Shown here piece after piece: positions 24,240 through 35,375 of a stretch of 64,000 bases of DNA. The number at the start of each line of letters is the position of its first letter. The stretch's first letter is position 1. The stretch comes from Octopus sinensis. Lineage: Eukaryota. Under the pieces are notes generated by a model. The model searched no databases, had not been told where the DNA came from, and worked only from the letters and a program-made list of their open reading frames with translations. Made by a program: the position numbers and the translations under genes. The DNA lies in the NCBI RefSeq assembly GCF_006345805.1, contig NW_021824844.1:2098-66097 (forward strand), written 5' to 3'.

Positions 24240-24328
24240 GATATTCTATACCCAAGACGATGTCTCGGAAGTACTGCCATGCCTGTTCCTGTGACAACGG
24301 AGTGTCCGTAGGGATGCTGACCACTTCT
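24240..24328 (-). CDS. CAMKK: CaMKK exon 6, EVVSIPTDTPLSQEQAWQYFRDIVLGIEY
   Basis: gtttcag|A GAA...TAT C|gtaagt; 89 nt, phase 2/1. Confidence 0.96.
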
Positions 24329-25107
24329 CTGAAACGACAACAACAACAACAATAACAACAATAATGATGACAATAAGAAAACCAACAACAATGCAAAATG
24401 CAGATGCAACACACATATGCACCATATTGTGGAGGCGCAATGGCCCAGTGGTTAGGGCAGTGGACACGCGGTCGTAGGATCGCAGTTTCGATTCCCAGAC
24501 CGTGAGTGTTTATTGAGCGAAAACACCTAAAGCTCCACGAGGCTCCGGCAGGGGATGGTGGTGATCCCTGCTGTACTCTTTCGCCACAACTTTCTCGTAC
24601 TCTTTCTTCTGTTGGCCTGCTCGCTTAGCCAGCAGGGTGGCATCATTTGAAGGCTAAAAGAATGCTAAGCGCATTGTGACCAGCGATGTGTAACAACATC
24701 TGATAGCCTGGTCGGTCATGTGATCATGTGATATACGTGAGACCCCCTTCAGTCACGACACAGACCATGGGATTGCACCTAGAAAGTTACCCTCCCAGGC
24801 ACAAGTCCGGGCAAGGTTGTTTTATGGAAGACCAGCAGTCGCCCATGCATACCAGCCTCCACTCTCCATGCCACAGAGTTATCCAAGGGAAAGGCAAAGG
24901 CAGCTGAGTGAACTGGAGCAACGTGAAATAAAGTGTCTTGCTCAAGAACACAACACGCAGCCTGGTCCAGGATTCGAGCTCACAACCTCACGATCATAAG
25001 CTCAATGCTCTAACCACTGAGCCATGCACCTTCACACGTGATATACCATATTATACACAATATATACAACACATTATATACACCAAGTACAATTAAGAAT
25101 AACTTAC

Positions 25108-25129
25108 CCTCTCTCCAACAGTTCAAACA
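25108..25129 (-). CDS. CAMKK: CaMKK exon 5, 22-nt microexon VFELLERG (hinge)
   Basis: ctcatttcag|TG TTT GAA CTG TTG GAG AGA GG|gtaagt; phase 1/2; supplies the missing hinge residues (vertebrate VFELVNQG). Confidence 0.93.
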
Positions 25130-26284
25130 CTGAAATGAGAGAATAGATAATTAATTAGAGAGGTGCTTTTTTTTAATGTTATTGTTGTAGGGTGTGGGGA
25201 GAGGGTTGCTTATGGTGATTGTGGTGGTTATTGTTGTTGGTGGTGGTGGTTATGGTGGTTGCAGTAGAAGTGGTGTGAATCACTTATCTGAGGTATATAT
25301 GCAAATAGCATAAGAATCTATGCACTTACGTGCAAAAGTGCTGCACGAGTAAAACAAAATTAAATTTTGAATTCAAAGCAATTCTGATAATGTAAACTTT
25401 ATTGATGTCATACACATAACTTATGTGTATTATTTAAATCAGCGTTTCTTAACCAGAGTTCCCCGGAACCCTAGGGTTCCACAACAGCTTCCTAGGGGTT
25501 CCGCAAGAAAGACTGAGACAGGCTAATGATAATTTCATGATCGTAATATTACTATACATGCACAACATTTTATTGGTTATTGTAATCTTGTAATATAGAC
25601 ATCATCCAACCTAACCTATTATGTTATCAAAATAATATAACAACTATATATATATATATATATATATGACAGCACTTTGACACGTTCAGACACAGGTCCC
25701 ATTCATTTGACCATCTCAAAGACACAGGAGTGGCTGTGTGGTAAGTAGCTTGCTAACCAACCACATGGTTCCGGGTTCAATCCCACTGCGTGGCATCTTG
25801 GGCAAGTGTCTTCTGCTATAGCTTCGGGCCGACCAAAGCCTTGTGAGTGGATTTGGTAGACGGAAACTGAAAGAAGCCTGTCGTATATATGTATATATAT
25901 ATATATGTATGTGTGTGTATATGTTTGTATGTTTGTGTTTGTCCCCCTAGCATTGCTTGACAACTGATGCTGGTGTGTTTACGTCCCCGCCACTTAACGG
26001 TTCGGCAAAAGAGACCGATAGAATAAGTACTGGGCTTACAAAGAATAAGTCCCGGGGTCGATTTGCTCGACTAAAGGCGGTGCTCCAGCATGGCCGCAGT
26101 CAAATGACTGAAACATGTAAAAGAGTAAGAGTATATATATATATTACGGAGATGTACTCGCATAGCAAGTGATTTGATCTGAGATTGTGTGCTGGAACGA
26201 AAGCAATTGCAGCGTGGAAGGTGTTTGTAAGCCATTTAAGAAACACACAAAAGCCGTTCGATTCACTTCAACATTTAAGTTTAA

Positions 26285-26334
26285 TTTGTCAAAATATTTT
26301 CGTCGCTAAAATCCGCGACCTGTTCACTGAGAAA
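26285..26334 (-). ncRNA. Type I hammerhead-like motif, G3-C8 core variant (left arm of palindrome)
   Basis: TTTCTCA-GTGAACA-G-GTCGC ggatttta GCGAC-GAAA-ATATT-T-TGACAAA; perfect 5-bp stem II, stem I 6/7. Confidence 0.68.
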
Positions 26335-26356
26335 ATTCCGAGATGCAGCACGGATT

Positions 26357-26406
26357 TTTGTCAGTGAACAGGTCACGGATTTTAGCGACGAAAATATTTT
26401 GACAAA
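26357..26406 (+). ncRNA. Type I hammerhead-like motif, G3-C8 core variant (right arm of palindrome)
   Basis: TTTGTCA-GTGAACA-G-GTCAC ggatttta GCGAC-GAAA-ATATT-T-TGACAAA; perfect 7-bp stem I, stem II 4/5. Confidence 0.68.
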
Positions 26407-26901
26407 TTAAACTTAAATGTTGAAGTGAATCGAACGGCTTTTGTGTGTTTATTAAATGGCTTACAAACACCTTCCACGCTATATATATATATATATATAT
26501 GACTCAGTCTATCTGAAGGCAGGTATGAGTCAACCAGCATCGCCTTACTGGCACCTGTGCCGTTGGCATGTGTAAAAAGATTCGAGCGAGGTCGTTGCCA
26601 GTACCGTCTGACTGGCCCCCGTGCCGGTGGCACATAAAAGCACCCACTACACTCTCGGAGTGGTTGGTGTTAGGAAGGGCATCCAGCTGTAGAAACTCTG
26701 CCAGATCAAGATTGGAGCCTGGTGCAGCCATCTGGTTCGCCAGTACTCAGTCAAATCGTCCAACCCATGCCAGCATGGAAAGCGGACGTGAAACGATGAT
26801 GATGATGATGATGATATATATATATATATATATATATGAAAGAAGGTTTAAAAATGCAATTTTAAAAGATGTTTTTTCACTTGAGCGGTTTCACTTTTTC
26901 A

Positions 26902-27234
<333 letters not shown>

Positions 27235-27305
27235 TCAGGATGTGCAGAGTTGGAGAATGTCCACATCAAAGAACTGCATGATTTTATGTATATATACATA
27301 TATAT

Positions 27306-27601
27306 ACTAGCAGTATCGCCCGGCGTTGCTCGGGTTTGTAAGGGAAATAACTATATAAGCATTTTTAGAGAGTTATGGCCAAAAAATAGCAAAAAAATGC
27401 ATTAAAATGGAAAAAAAATTATGGTAAATTATTTTTAAAACTGTAGACTCATCGTAGACGCGCGCTAATACCCAGAAGGGCTCGATATGAATCACGACTA
27501 TAAGATACCCAGTTTTGGTTAAACTGCACCGCAAAATGTGGGAGTAGTTAGGAATCTAAATCGTAGGAGACAGACACACAACTTCACTTTTATATATAAA
27601 G

Positions 27602-27603
<2 letters not shown>
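27306..27603 (+). mobile_element. Non-autonomous Helitron/Helentron-like element (ACTAGCAGTATCGCCCGGCGTTGCTCGGG...TTTATATATAAAGAT)
   Basis: 5' ACTAG plus CCCG/CGGG hairpin, 3' GACAGAC...TATATA.AGAT. Copies at 38752-39149(-), 50322-50835(+), 52139-52538(-). Class assigned from resemblance to Lep1/HINE-type ends. Confidence 0.65.
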
Positions 27604-27664
<61 letters not shown>

Positions 27665-27949
27665 TCATCATCGTTTAACATCTGCTTTCCATGCTGGCAT
27701 GGGTTGGACGGTTCCACCATGGTCTGGGAAGCCAGGAGGCTGCACCAGGCTCAAGTCTGATCTGGCAGTGTTTCTACAGCTGGATGCCCTTCCTAATGCC
27801 AACCACTCCGTGAGTGTAATGGGTGCTTTTTACGTGCCACCAGCACAGACAACAGTCGAGGCGGTGCTGGCATCAACCACGTTCGGATGGTGTTTTTTAC
27901 GTGCCACCGGCACGGGTATCATCACAAGTACAATTTCCATTTGATATTA

Positions 27950-27981
<32 letters not shown>

Positions 27982-28452
27982 GGCGCAGGAGTGGCTGTGT
28001 GGTAAGTAGCTTGCTTACCAACCACATGGTTCCGGGTTCAGTCCCACTGCGTGGCATCTTGAGCAAGTGTATTCTGCTATAGCCCCGGGCCGACCAATGC
28101 CTTGTGAGTGGATTTGGTAGACGGAAACTGAAAGAAGCCCGTCGTGTATTTATGTATATATATATGTGTGTGTGTGTGTGAGTGTGTGTGTGTGTGTACA
28201 TGACACAGGTTATCTAGGACTACATCATCCAATGCATCATCCTCACACCATACGTTTTTTTTTTCTTAACACAACCAAGGTAATGATCTGAGGGAGAGCA
28301 AGCTGCTATTTCCAGCAAATTGAGTGACTATACAGAGCCTATTTTGTCATTAACTTAAGAAAGGGCACAAAATTTGTTGCAGGTGGTGAGGAGTTCCCCA
28401 ACACCCCTATTCCAACCAAATGACATGAAGAATATGGAAATTTGATACATAC

Positions 28453-28504
28453 TGAAGAATCCAGCCTTCTTCATCAACCGTTTCTTAGATAGAATCTTCA
28501 TGGC
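28453..28504 (-). CDS. CAMKK: CaMKK exon 3, AMKILSKKRLMKKAGFF (catalytic Lys)
   Basis: tttcag|GCC...TTC A|gtatgt; 52 nt, phase 0/1. Confidence 0.96.
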
Positions 28505-28844
28505 CTGAAATTTGAAAAAAAATATTTTGAGGACAGAATCACAGAGCAAAATAACAAAAGGATGAGAGGCAAAATGGATCTTAGTGGAATTTAAACTCAG
28601 AATGTAAAGATGGATGAAATGTCTCTAAGTATTTTACCTGGTAGGCTACTAATTCCTCCAGCTTGCTGCCTTCAAAGTCAACCATGGTGGAATTTGAACT
28701 CAGAATGTAACAACAGACAAAATGCCACTAAGCACTTTACCGAATATGCTAGCAATTCTGACAGTTCACAGCAGAATTTGAACTCAGAACATAAAGATAG
28801 ACAAAATACTGCTAGGAATTTTACCTAGTGGGTTTATGGTTCTT

Positions 28845-30022
28845 ATTTCTTTATTACCCACAAGGGGCTAAACACAGAGGGGACAAACAAGGACAGACAA
28901 ATGGATTAAGTCAATTATATCGGCCCCAGTGCATAACTGGTACTTAATTTATCGCAAAGTCAACCTCGGCGGAATTTGAACTCAGAATGTAACGACAGAT
29001 AAAATAGCTATTTCTTTACTGCCCACAAGGGGCTAAACAGAGAGGGGAAAAACAAGTGCATAACTGGTACTTATTTAATCAACCCCGAAAGGATGAAAGG
29101 CAAAGTCGACCTCGGCGGAATTTGAACTCAGACGAAATACCGCTAAGCATTTGCCCGGCATATTCACATTTCTTATTTCTTTATTGCCCACGAGGGGCTA
29201 CACAAAGAGGGGACAAACAAGGACACACAAACGGATTAAGTTGATTATATCGACCCCAGTGCGTAACTGGTACTTATTTAATCGACCCCGAAAGGATGAA
29301 AGGCAAAGCTGACCTCGGCGGAATTTGAACTCAGAACGTAAAGACAGACGAAATACCTATTTCTATTTCTTTACTACCCACAAGGGGCTAAACACAGAGG
29401 GGACAAACAAGGACAGACAAAGGGATTAAGTCGATTACATCGAGCCCAGTGCATAACTGGTACTTAATTTATCGACCCCAAAAGAATAAAAGGCAAAGTC
29501 GACCTCGGCGGAATTTGAACTCAGAACGTAACAGCAGACAAAATACCGCTAAGCACTTCGCCCGGCATGTTACATTTCTTATTTCTTTATTGCCTACGAG
29601 GGGCTACACAAAGAGGGGACAAACAAGGATAAACAGATTAAGTCGATTACATTGACCCCAGTGCATAACTGGTACTTAATTTATTGACCCCGAAAGGAAG
29701 AAAGGCAAAGTTAACCCCAGTGGAATTTGAACTCAGAACACAACGGCAGACGAAATACCACTTAGCATTTCGCCTGGCATGTTCACGTTTCTTATTTCTT
29801 TATTCCCCACAAGGGGCTACACCCAGAGGGAACAAACAAGGATAGACAAATGGATTAAGTCGATTACATTGACCCCAGTGCATAACTGGTACTTATTTAA
29901 TCGACCCCGAAAGGATGAAAGGCAAAGTCGACCCTGGCGGAATTTGAACTCAGAACGTAAAGACAGACGAAATACCGCTAAGCACTTCGCCTGGCGGTGC
30001 TAACGTTTCTGCCAGCTCGCCG
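28845..30022 (-). repeat. Tandem array of about 6 SINE-B units
   Basis: Repeating CACAAGGGGCTAAACACAGAGGGGACAAAC...GGAATTTGAACTCAGAACG units of about 165-220 nt. Confidence 0.9.
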
Positions 30023-30175
30023 CAAGCCTGTTTATGATTCTACCAGCTCACAACCTTACTATCTGAATAATAAAAGGCAGGATGGTCACAGCTGGAACGT
30101 CATTGGTGTATAGAACCTAAGGCAGACCAGGGGCTGAATAACAACAACAATAGAAATTACAATAGAACTACTTAC

Positions 30176-30229
30176 ATAATGAATGTCATCTTCTTCGTTA
30201 TAGGCCAATTTCACGATTCCATAGGAACC
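30176..30229 (-). CDS. CAMKK: CaMKK exon 2, GSYGIVKLAYNEEDDIHY (Gly-rich loop)
   Basis: ttttag|GGT...TAT|gtaagt; 54 nt, phase 0/0. Confidence 0.96.
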
Positions 30230-30525
30230 CTAAAATAAATTTAAAACAATTAAACAAACATGAAAATTTGTCTGAGGTCCCATGCGTGGATGGATGTTTC
30301 ACAGGAGAAAGTAATTTTTCCTTTGAATATTTTTGGGACCATATTTGGTTAAGAGAATATCTTTTATGTTTACACACACACATAAATATATACATATATA
30401 TATCTATATATATAGTAGTACTAGTAGCAGCAACAATAGCAGCAATAGTAGCTGTAGCTGCAGCAGCAGCAGTAGTAGTGGTAGTAGTAGCAGCAGCAGT
30501 AGTAGTAGTAGTGCCTTCTCCTCCA

Positions 30526-31384
30526 GTTCTGATAGTGACTCAGCAATTAGAGCAAGGTCGTCAGCATAGAGGAGCTCCCAGGGTCAACCTGTCTTGAATT
30601 CCTCCGTAATTGCATGGAGGACTATGATAAATAGGAGGGGGCTGAGGGCTGAACCTTGGTGGACCCCTACCTCTACCCGGAATTCTTCACTGTACTCGTT
30701 GCCAACCCTCACCTTACTAGCAGCGTCCCTGTACATGGCTTGCACAGCTCTCACTAACAATTCATCTATCCCTAGTTTCCTCATTGACCACCAAATAAGG
30801 GATCGGGGGACCCTGTCGAAGGCTTTCTCCATGTCAACGAAAGCCAGGTACAGGGGCTATCTTTGGCTAGGTATTTCTCCTGCAGCTGTCTCACCAGAAA
30901 TATGGCGTCAGTGGTGCTTTTCCCTGGCATGAAACCAAACTGCATCTCGTCCAAGTTGACTCTCTCCCTAATCAGTTGGGCTATGACCCTCTCCGTAACC
31001 TTCATTACCTGATCCAACAGCTTGATACCTCTGTAATTATTTGTATCTAGGGCGTCTCCTTTACCTTTGTAGCAGTTGACTAGTATGCTGCTACACCAGT
31101 CACTGGGTATGACTCCTTCGTGTATCACCTGGTTAACTATACGGGTGACTAGGCTATAGCCAACACTACCAGATATTTTGAGCATCTCTGCAGTAATTCC
31201 TGATGGGCCTGGGGCTTTCCCTGTCTTCATGCTTCTAATTGCCTTAACTACCTTGGAATTGTCAACTTGGATGGCTGGTCCCTCTGTTGGGTTGACATTC
31301 GGCAGATTCTCTTTATCCCATTCATTTTCTTTATTCAGCAACCTTAAATAGTGGCATCTCCAAACCTCTCTCTTTGCATCCTCA
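30526..31384 (-). mobile_element. RTE-clade LINE reverse-transcriptase fragment (frameshifted)
   Basis: KAPGPSG...NYRGIKLL...QFGFMPGKSTTDAIF...EKAFDRV...GVHQGSALSPLLF...LLYADD. Confidence 0.92.
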
Positions 31385-31919
31385 TGTGTATATGTTTGTG
31401 TGTCTGTGTTTGTCCCCCCAACATCACTTGACAACCGATGCTGGTGTGTTTACGTCCCCGTAACTTAGCAGTTCGGCATAAGACACCGATAGAATAAATA
31501 CTAGGCTTACAAAGAATACGTCCCGGGGTCGATTTGCTCGACTAAAGGCGGTGCTCCAGCATGGCCACAGTCAAATGACTGAAACAAGTAAAAGAGTAGA
31601 GAGTATATACATATATATATATATATGTGTGTATATATGTATGTGTGTGTATATGTTTGTGCATCTGTGTTTGTCCCCCTAGCATCGCTTGACAACCGAT
31701 ACTGGTGTGTTTACGTCCCTGTAACTTAGCGGTTCGGCGCAAAAGAGACCCGATAGAATAAGTACTAGGCTTACAAAGAATAAATCCCGGGGTTGATGTG
31801 CTCGACTAAAGGCGGTGCTCCAGCATGGCCGCAGTCAAATGACTGAAACAAGTAAAAGAGTAAGCATATATAAACACAAAAATAAAAGGCAGTGGAAATG
31901 AGGTTTGGAAATTACTTAC

Positions 31920-33240
31920 TTTCCCAATCTCATCTTTCAGTTTGTACTGATTGAGTTGGATAAATCCGTCGGAATCGGTGACCGAAACTCTACGCGTTTC
32001 CAGCGTCGGCTGATGTCGGAGTCGAGGTGACGACGTGGGCGAGCCCCCGGGCGAACTGCTATTGCCGCCGCCTCGGTGGTGATGGTGGTGGTGGTGTTGT
32101 TGTCGCTGGCGGTATGACGGCGCGTCGAAGCTGCCATAGAGTTTGCCGTGCAAGCTGCCGCCGGCTGCTGCCGCCCATCTTCGCGAGGCAGTTGTGCCGC
32201 AAGCACTGCCTGGGCTTCGGCTGCGACGCGAGGGAGGCGGAGGAGGAGAGGGAGGAGGAAGAGGAGGAGGCGGAGGAGGAAGCAACGGAGCCGCCACAGG
32301 ACTTTTGGTGGTGGTGGTGGTGGTGGTTGTCGACAAGGCTGGTACAGGAGAGGCAGTTGCGTAGCACCGAATCGAAGCTGCCGGTTGTTATGGGACTGTC
32401 GTCTTGGTGATGGTGGTGGTGGTGGTTGCTGTTGTGGTGGTGGGGGGCATTGTTACCAGTGGAACTGGCAGCAATGTTGGTGGTGGTAGCGGAGGTGGTG
32501 GTGGTAGTGGTGGTGGTAGTGGCAGCGGTGGAAATGGTATCCGTAGGGATCGGTCCATTGAGGCGCCGGTTTGCGTCGCTAATCGCGATGCTGTGCCTCC
32601 GATGCGGATCGAATTGCGACGCATGTTGAGTCAGGGTGGAAGGGATTCTTTCATGAAAACAGCTTGTTTGTTGTTGTTCTTGTTGTTGGTGTTGGTGGTG
32701 GTGGTCATCTTCATCGTGGTAGTGATGTTGTTGTTGTTGATGTCGTCGTCGTCGGTCATCGCAGTCGTTGTATTCGTTGGCTGAACTCTGCTCCGAGTCT
32801 CTGTTGGCGGTGGTGGTGGTGGTGGTGGTAGCCGTGGTAACAGCAGTGGCAGCAGCAAGGGCAACAGCAGAGGAGGAGGAGGAGGAGGACTTTCGCTGTA
32901 ACGGCTGTGGTAGAGAACCATGTGACAGGTCATGTGTTAAGTCACGTGACAGGTCATGTGACGAGTCATGTGACAATCTGGGAAGTTCGGAAAACTGGGT
33001 GGCCTCCTTCCCCTTGACGCCGTGCCGCCGCTCCGACTCGGAAATACGGGATGATGATGATGATGATGATGACGATGATGATGACGATGACGACGGTGAC
33101 GGTGATAAGGATGAGGATGATGTGTTGGTGCCGAGAAAGTTACTCGCGTACTGTTCAATGGAGGCTGGCAAGTGTGCCATCGAAGTCTGATCGCCATCAA
33201 TGTAGTCCTCACAACTTGACAGCATGCTCTTTTCGAACAT
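31920..33240 (-). CDS. CAMKK: CaMKK coding exon 1: long low-complexity N-terminus, then SPxxSPxSSPRL...QLNQYKLKDEIGK (start of kinase domain); apparent +1 frameshift near 32163
   Basis: Acceptor ttctgtcttacag at 33280-33278 (exon starts 33277), ATG at 33240, donor AAA|gtaagt at 31919. The end PRLRHQPTLETRRVSVTDSDGFIQLNQYKLKDEIGK matches vertebrate CaMKK PRLPRRPTVESHHVSITGMQDCVQLNQYTLKDEIGK. ORF-track entries 32059..33243 and 31806..32336 are in different frames. Confidence 0.85.
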
Positions 33241-33364
33241 CACGTCTTCGTCTTGTTCCTGGTCAAAGTGAGAGTTTCTGTAAGACAGAACAAGACAGAA
33301 ATATTAAATTTCTAAATATCTCAAAGAGATATGTGCGATAGCAGAGCAATAGAGTAGTTGTATA

Positions 33365-33693
33365 GTCAACTTAATGTGACAGTCTCGTAAGAGAATTACA
33401 CCACCGCTGTTTAGCCCTAGGAAGCATCGATGCTTCCTGTCGGCCTCGACACATTTCCTGTGTCCTTATATATTTACGAAGGGGAGACAAACACCCCCAA
33501 CAGCCAGGCCTGCATCTAGATACATGCATGTTTCAGGATCTTATGCAGGCCTAGCTGTTGGGGGTGTTTGTCTCCCCTTCACAAATATATAAGGACACAG
33601 GAAATGTGTCATGGTCGACAGGAAGCGTCGATGCTTCCTAGGGCTAAACAGCGGTGGTGTAATTCCCTTACGGGACAGTCACGTTAAGTTGAC
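33365..33693. mobile_element. Foldback/MITE with 151-bp inverted arms and a 27-nt spacer
   Basis: 33365-33515 is the reverse complement of 33543-33693 with scattered mismatches; each arm holds the palindrome AGGAAGCATCGATGCTTCCT (one change in the right arm). Confidence 0.85.
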
Positions 33694-33877
33694 AGTATAG
33701 AACCACTCCAGACAAGACAGAACAAAAGGAAAAATGTTAATTTGTGAAACTACGTATGGTGTCACAACATAACACAGCTAAACAATTATGAGCATTACCA
33801 GACGTTACCCATCACTACACTGCCGGGTAATGACCTAGTCAAGACAATTAGATACTTCTGCAGAAACCTATTACAAT

Positions 33878-34215
33878 CACCATGCGGAAAGTGTAACCTC
33901 TTGAAAGAGCTGTTCTTCACTGCTGCTCCAGAGCATCGGCTGCGGGGTCACTCCGAAAAGCTCTATCTGCGATGATTTCATCTCAATCGAAGGAGAGGGG
34001 CTTTCTCCGTCCAGGTTGCGGATCTGTGGAATAAGCTGCCGGACAAGATAGTAAAGATGCCGACGACCGCTCGGTTCAAAGTCTCTCTTGACCAGAAATG
34101 GCCTGAACTCTTTGCATGAACACCCACCTTGTACATAACTCGATGTCCCCCTACATGGCCTTGCTTTTGCATTTTGAGCCAAAAAATTAACTTAATTTAA
34201 CTTAACTTAACTTAG
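33878..34215 (+). mobile_element. CR1-group LINE 3' end
   Basis: High identity to 14225-14470 and 14885-14960; ends in (TTAAC)n. Confidence 0.82.
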
Positions 34216-34351
34216 ATACAGTCGACAATTTGTTTTCTTTTTAAATTCTATATTTCATACACTTTCTCTCTCTCTCTCTTTCACTGTATTTCTCATTAAG
34301 CTAGTGTTAGGAACATAAATTGTGACTAAGGTTTGGTGGAAGATTTTAATT

Positions 34352-35375
34352 AAATCGACCCCGAAAGGATGAAAGGCAAAGTAGTCCTCGGTGGAATTTG
34401 AACTCAGAACATAACGGCAGACGAAATACCTATTTCTTTACAACCCACAAGGGGCTAAACATAGAGAGGACAAACAAGGACAGACAAAGAGGTTAAGTCG
34501 ATTACATCAACCCCAGTGCGTAACTGATACTTATTTAATCAACCTTGAAAGGATGAAAGGCAAAGTCGACCTCGGTGAATTTGAACTCAGAACGTAGCGG
34601 CAGACTAAATACCTATTTCTTTACTACCTTAAAGGGGCTAAACACAGAGGGGACAAACAAGGACAGATGAACGGATTAAGTCAATTACATTGACCCCAGT
34701 GCATAACTGGTACTTATTTAATCGACCCCGAAAGAATGAAAGGCAAAGTCGACCTCGGCGGAATTTGAACTCAGAACGTAACAGCAGACGAAATACCTAT
34801 TTCTTTACAACCCACAAGGGGCTAAACACAGAGGGGACAAACAAGGACAGACAAAGGGGTTAAGTCGATTACATCAACCCCAGTGTGTAACTGATACTTA
34901 TTTAATCGACCCCGAAAGGATGAAAGGCAAAGTCGACCTCGGCGGAATTTGAACTCAGAACGTAGCGGCAGACGAAATACCTATTTCTTTACTACCCACA
35001 AGGGGCTAAACACAGAGGGGACAAACAAGGACAGACAAAGGGGTTAAGTCGATTACATCAACCCCAGTGTGTAACTGATACTTATTTAATCGATCCCGAA
35101 AGGATGAAAGGCAAAGTCGACCTCGGCGGAATTTGAACTCAGAACGTAGCGGCAGACGAAATACCTATTTCTTTACTACCCACAAGAGGCTAAACACAGA
35201 GGGGACAAACAAGGACAGACAAAGGGGTTAAGTCGATTACATCAACCCCAGTGTGTAACTGATACTTATTTAATCGACCCCGAAAGGATGAAAGGCAAAG
35301 TCGACCTCGGCGGAATTTGAACTCAGAACATAATGGTAGACGAAATACCGATAAGCATTTCGCCCAGCGTACTAC
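34352..35375 (-). repeat. Tandem array of SINE-B units, 184-bp period (5 units plus a partial)
   Basis: Junction CCTATTTCTTTA at 34431, 34614, 34798, 34982, 35166; only the outermost unit has a complete head. Confidence 0.92.

Larger units (their letters stand above)
26145..26480 (-). mobile_element. Penelope-like fragment with a 130-bp inverted duplication
   Basis: 26211-26340 is the reverse complement of 26351-26480 (4 mismatches counted, 10-nt loop); each arm carries a hammerhead-like motif. Confidence 0.72.

Noticed and set aside
30526-31434. Active LINE
   Set aside because: All LINE pieces are under about 1.1 kb, lack the endonuclease domain, and are truncated, with stops or frameshifts in several.
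32155-32175. Programmed ribosomal frameshift explaining the exon 1 break
   Set aside because: No slippery heptamer, stop-codon pause site or evident stimulator; an indel error is simpler. A-to-I editing cannot change frame.
34352-35375. CRISPR-like regular array
   Set aside because: There are no unique spacers; whole 184-bp SINE-derived units repeat, in a eukaryotic intron or upstream region with no cas genes.
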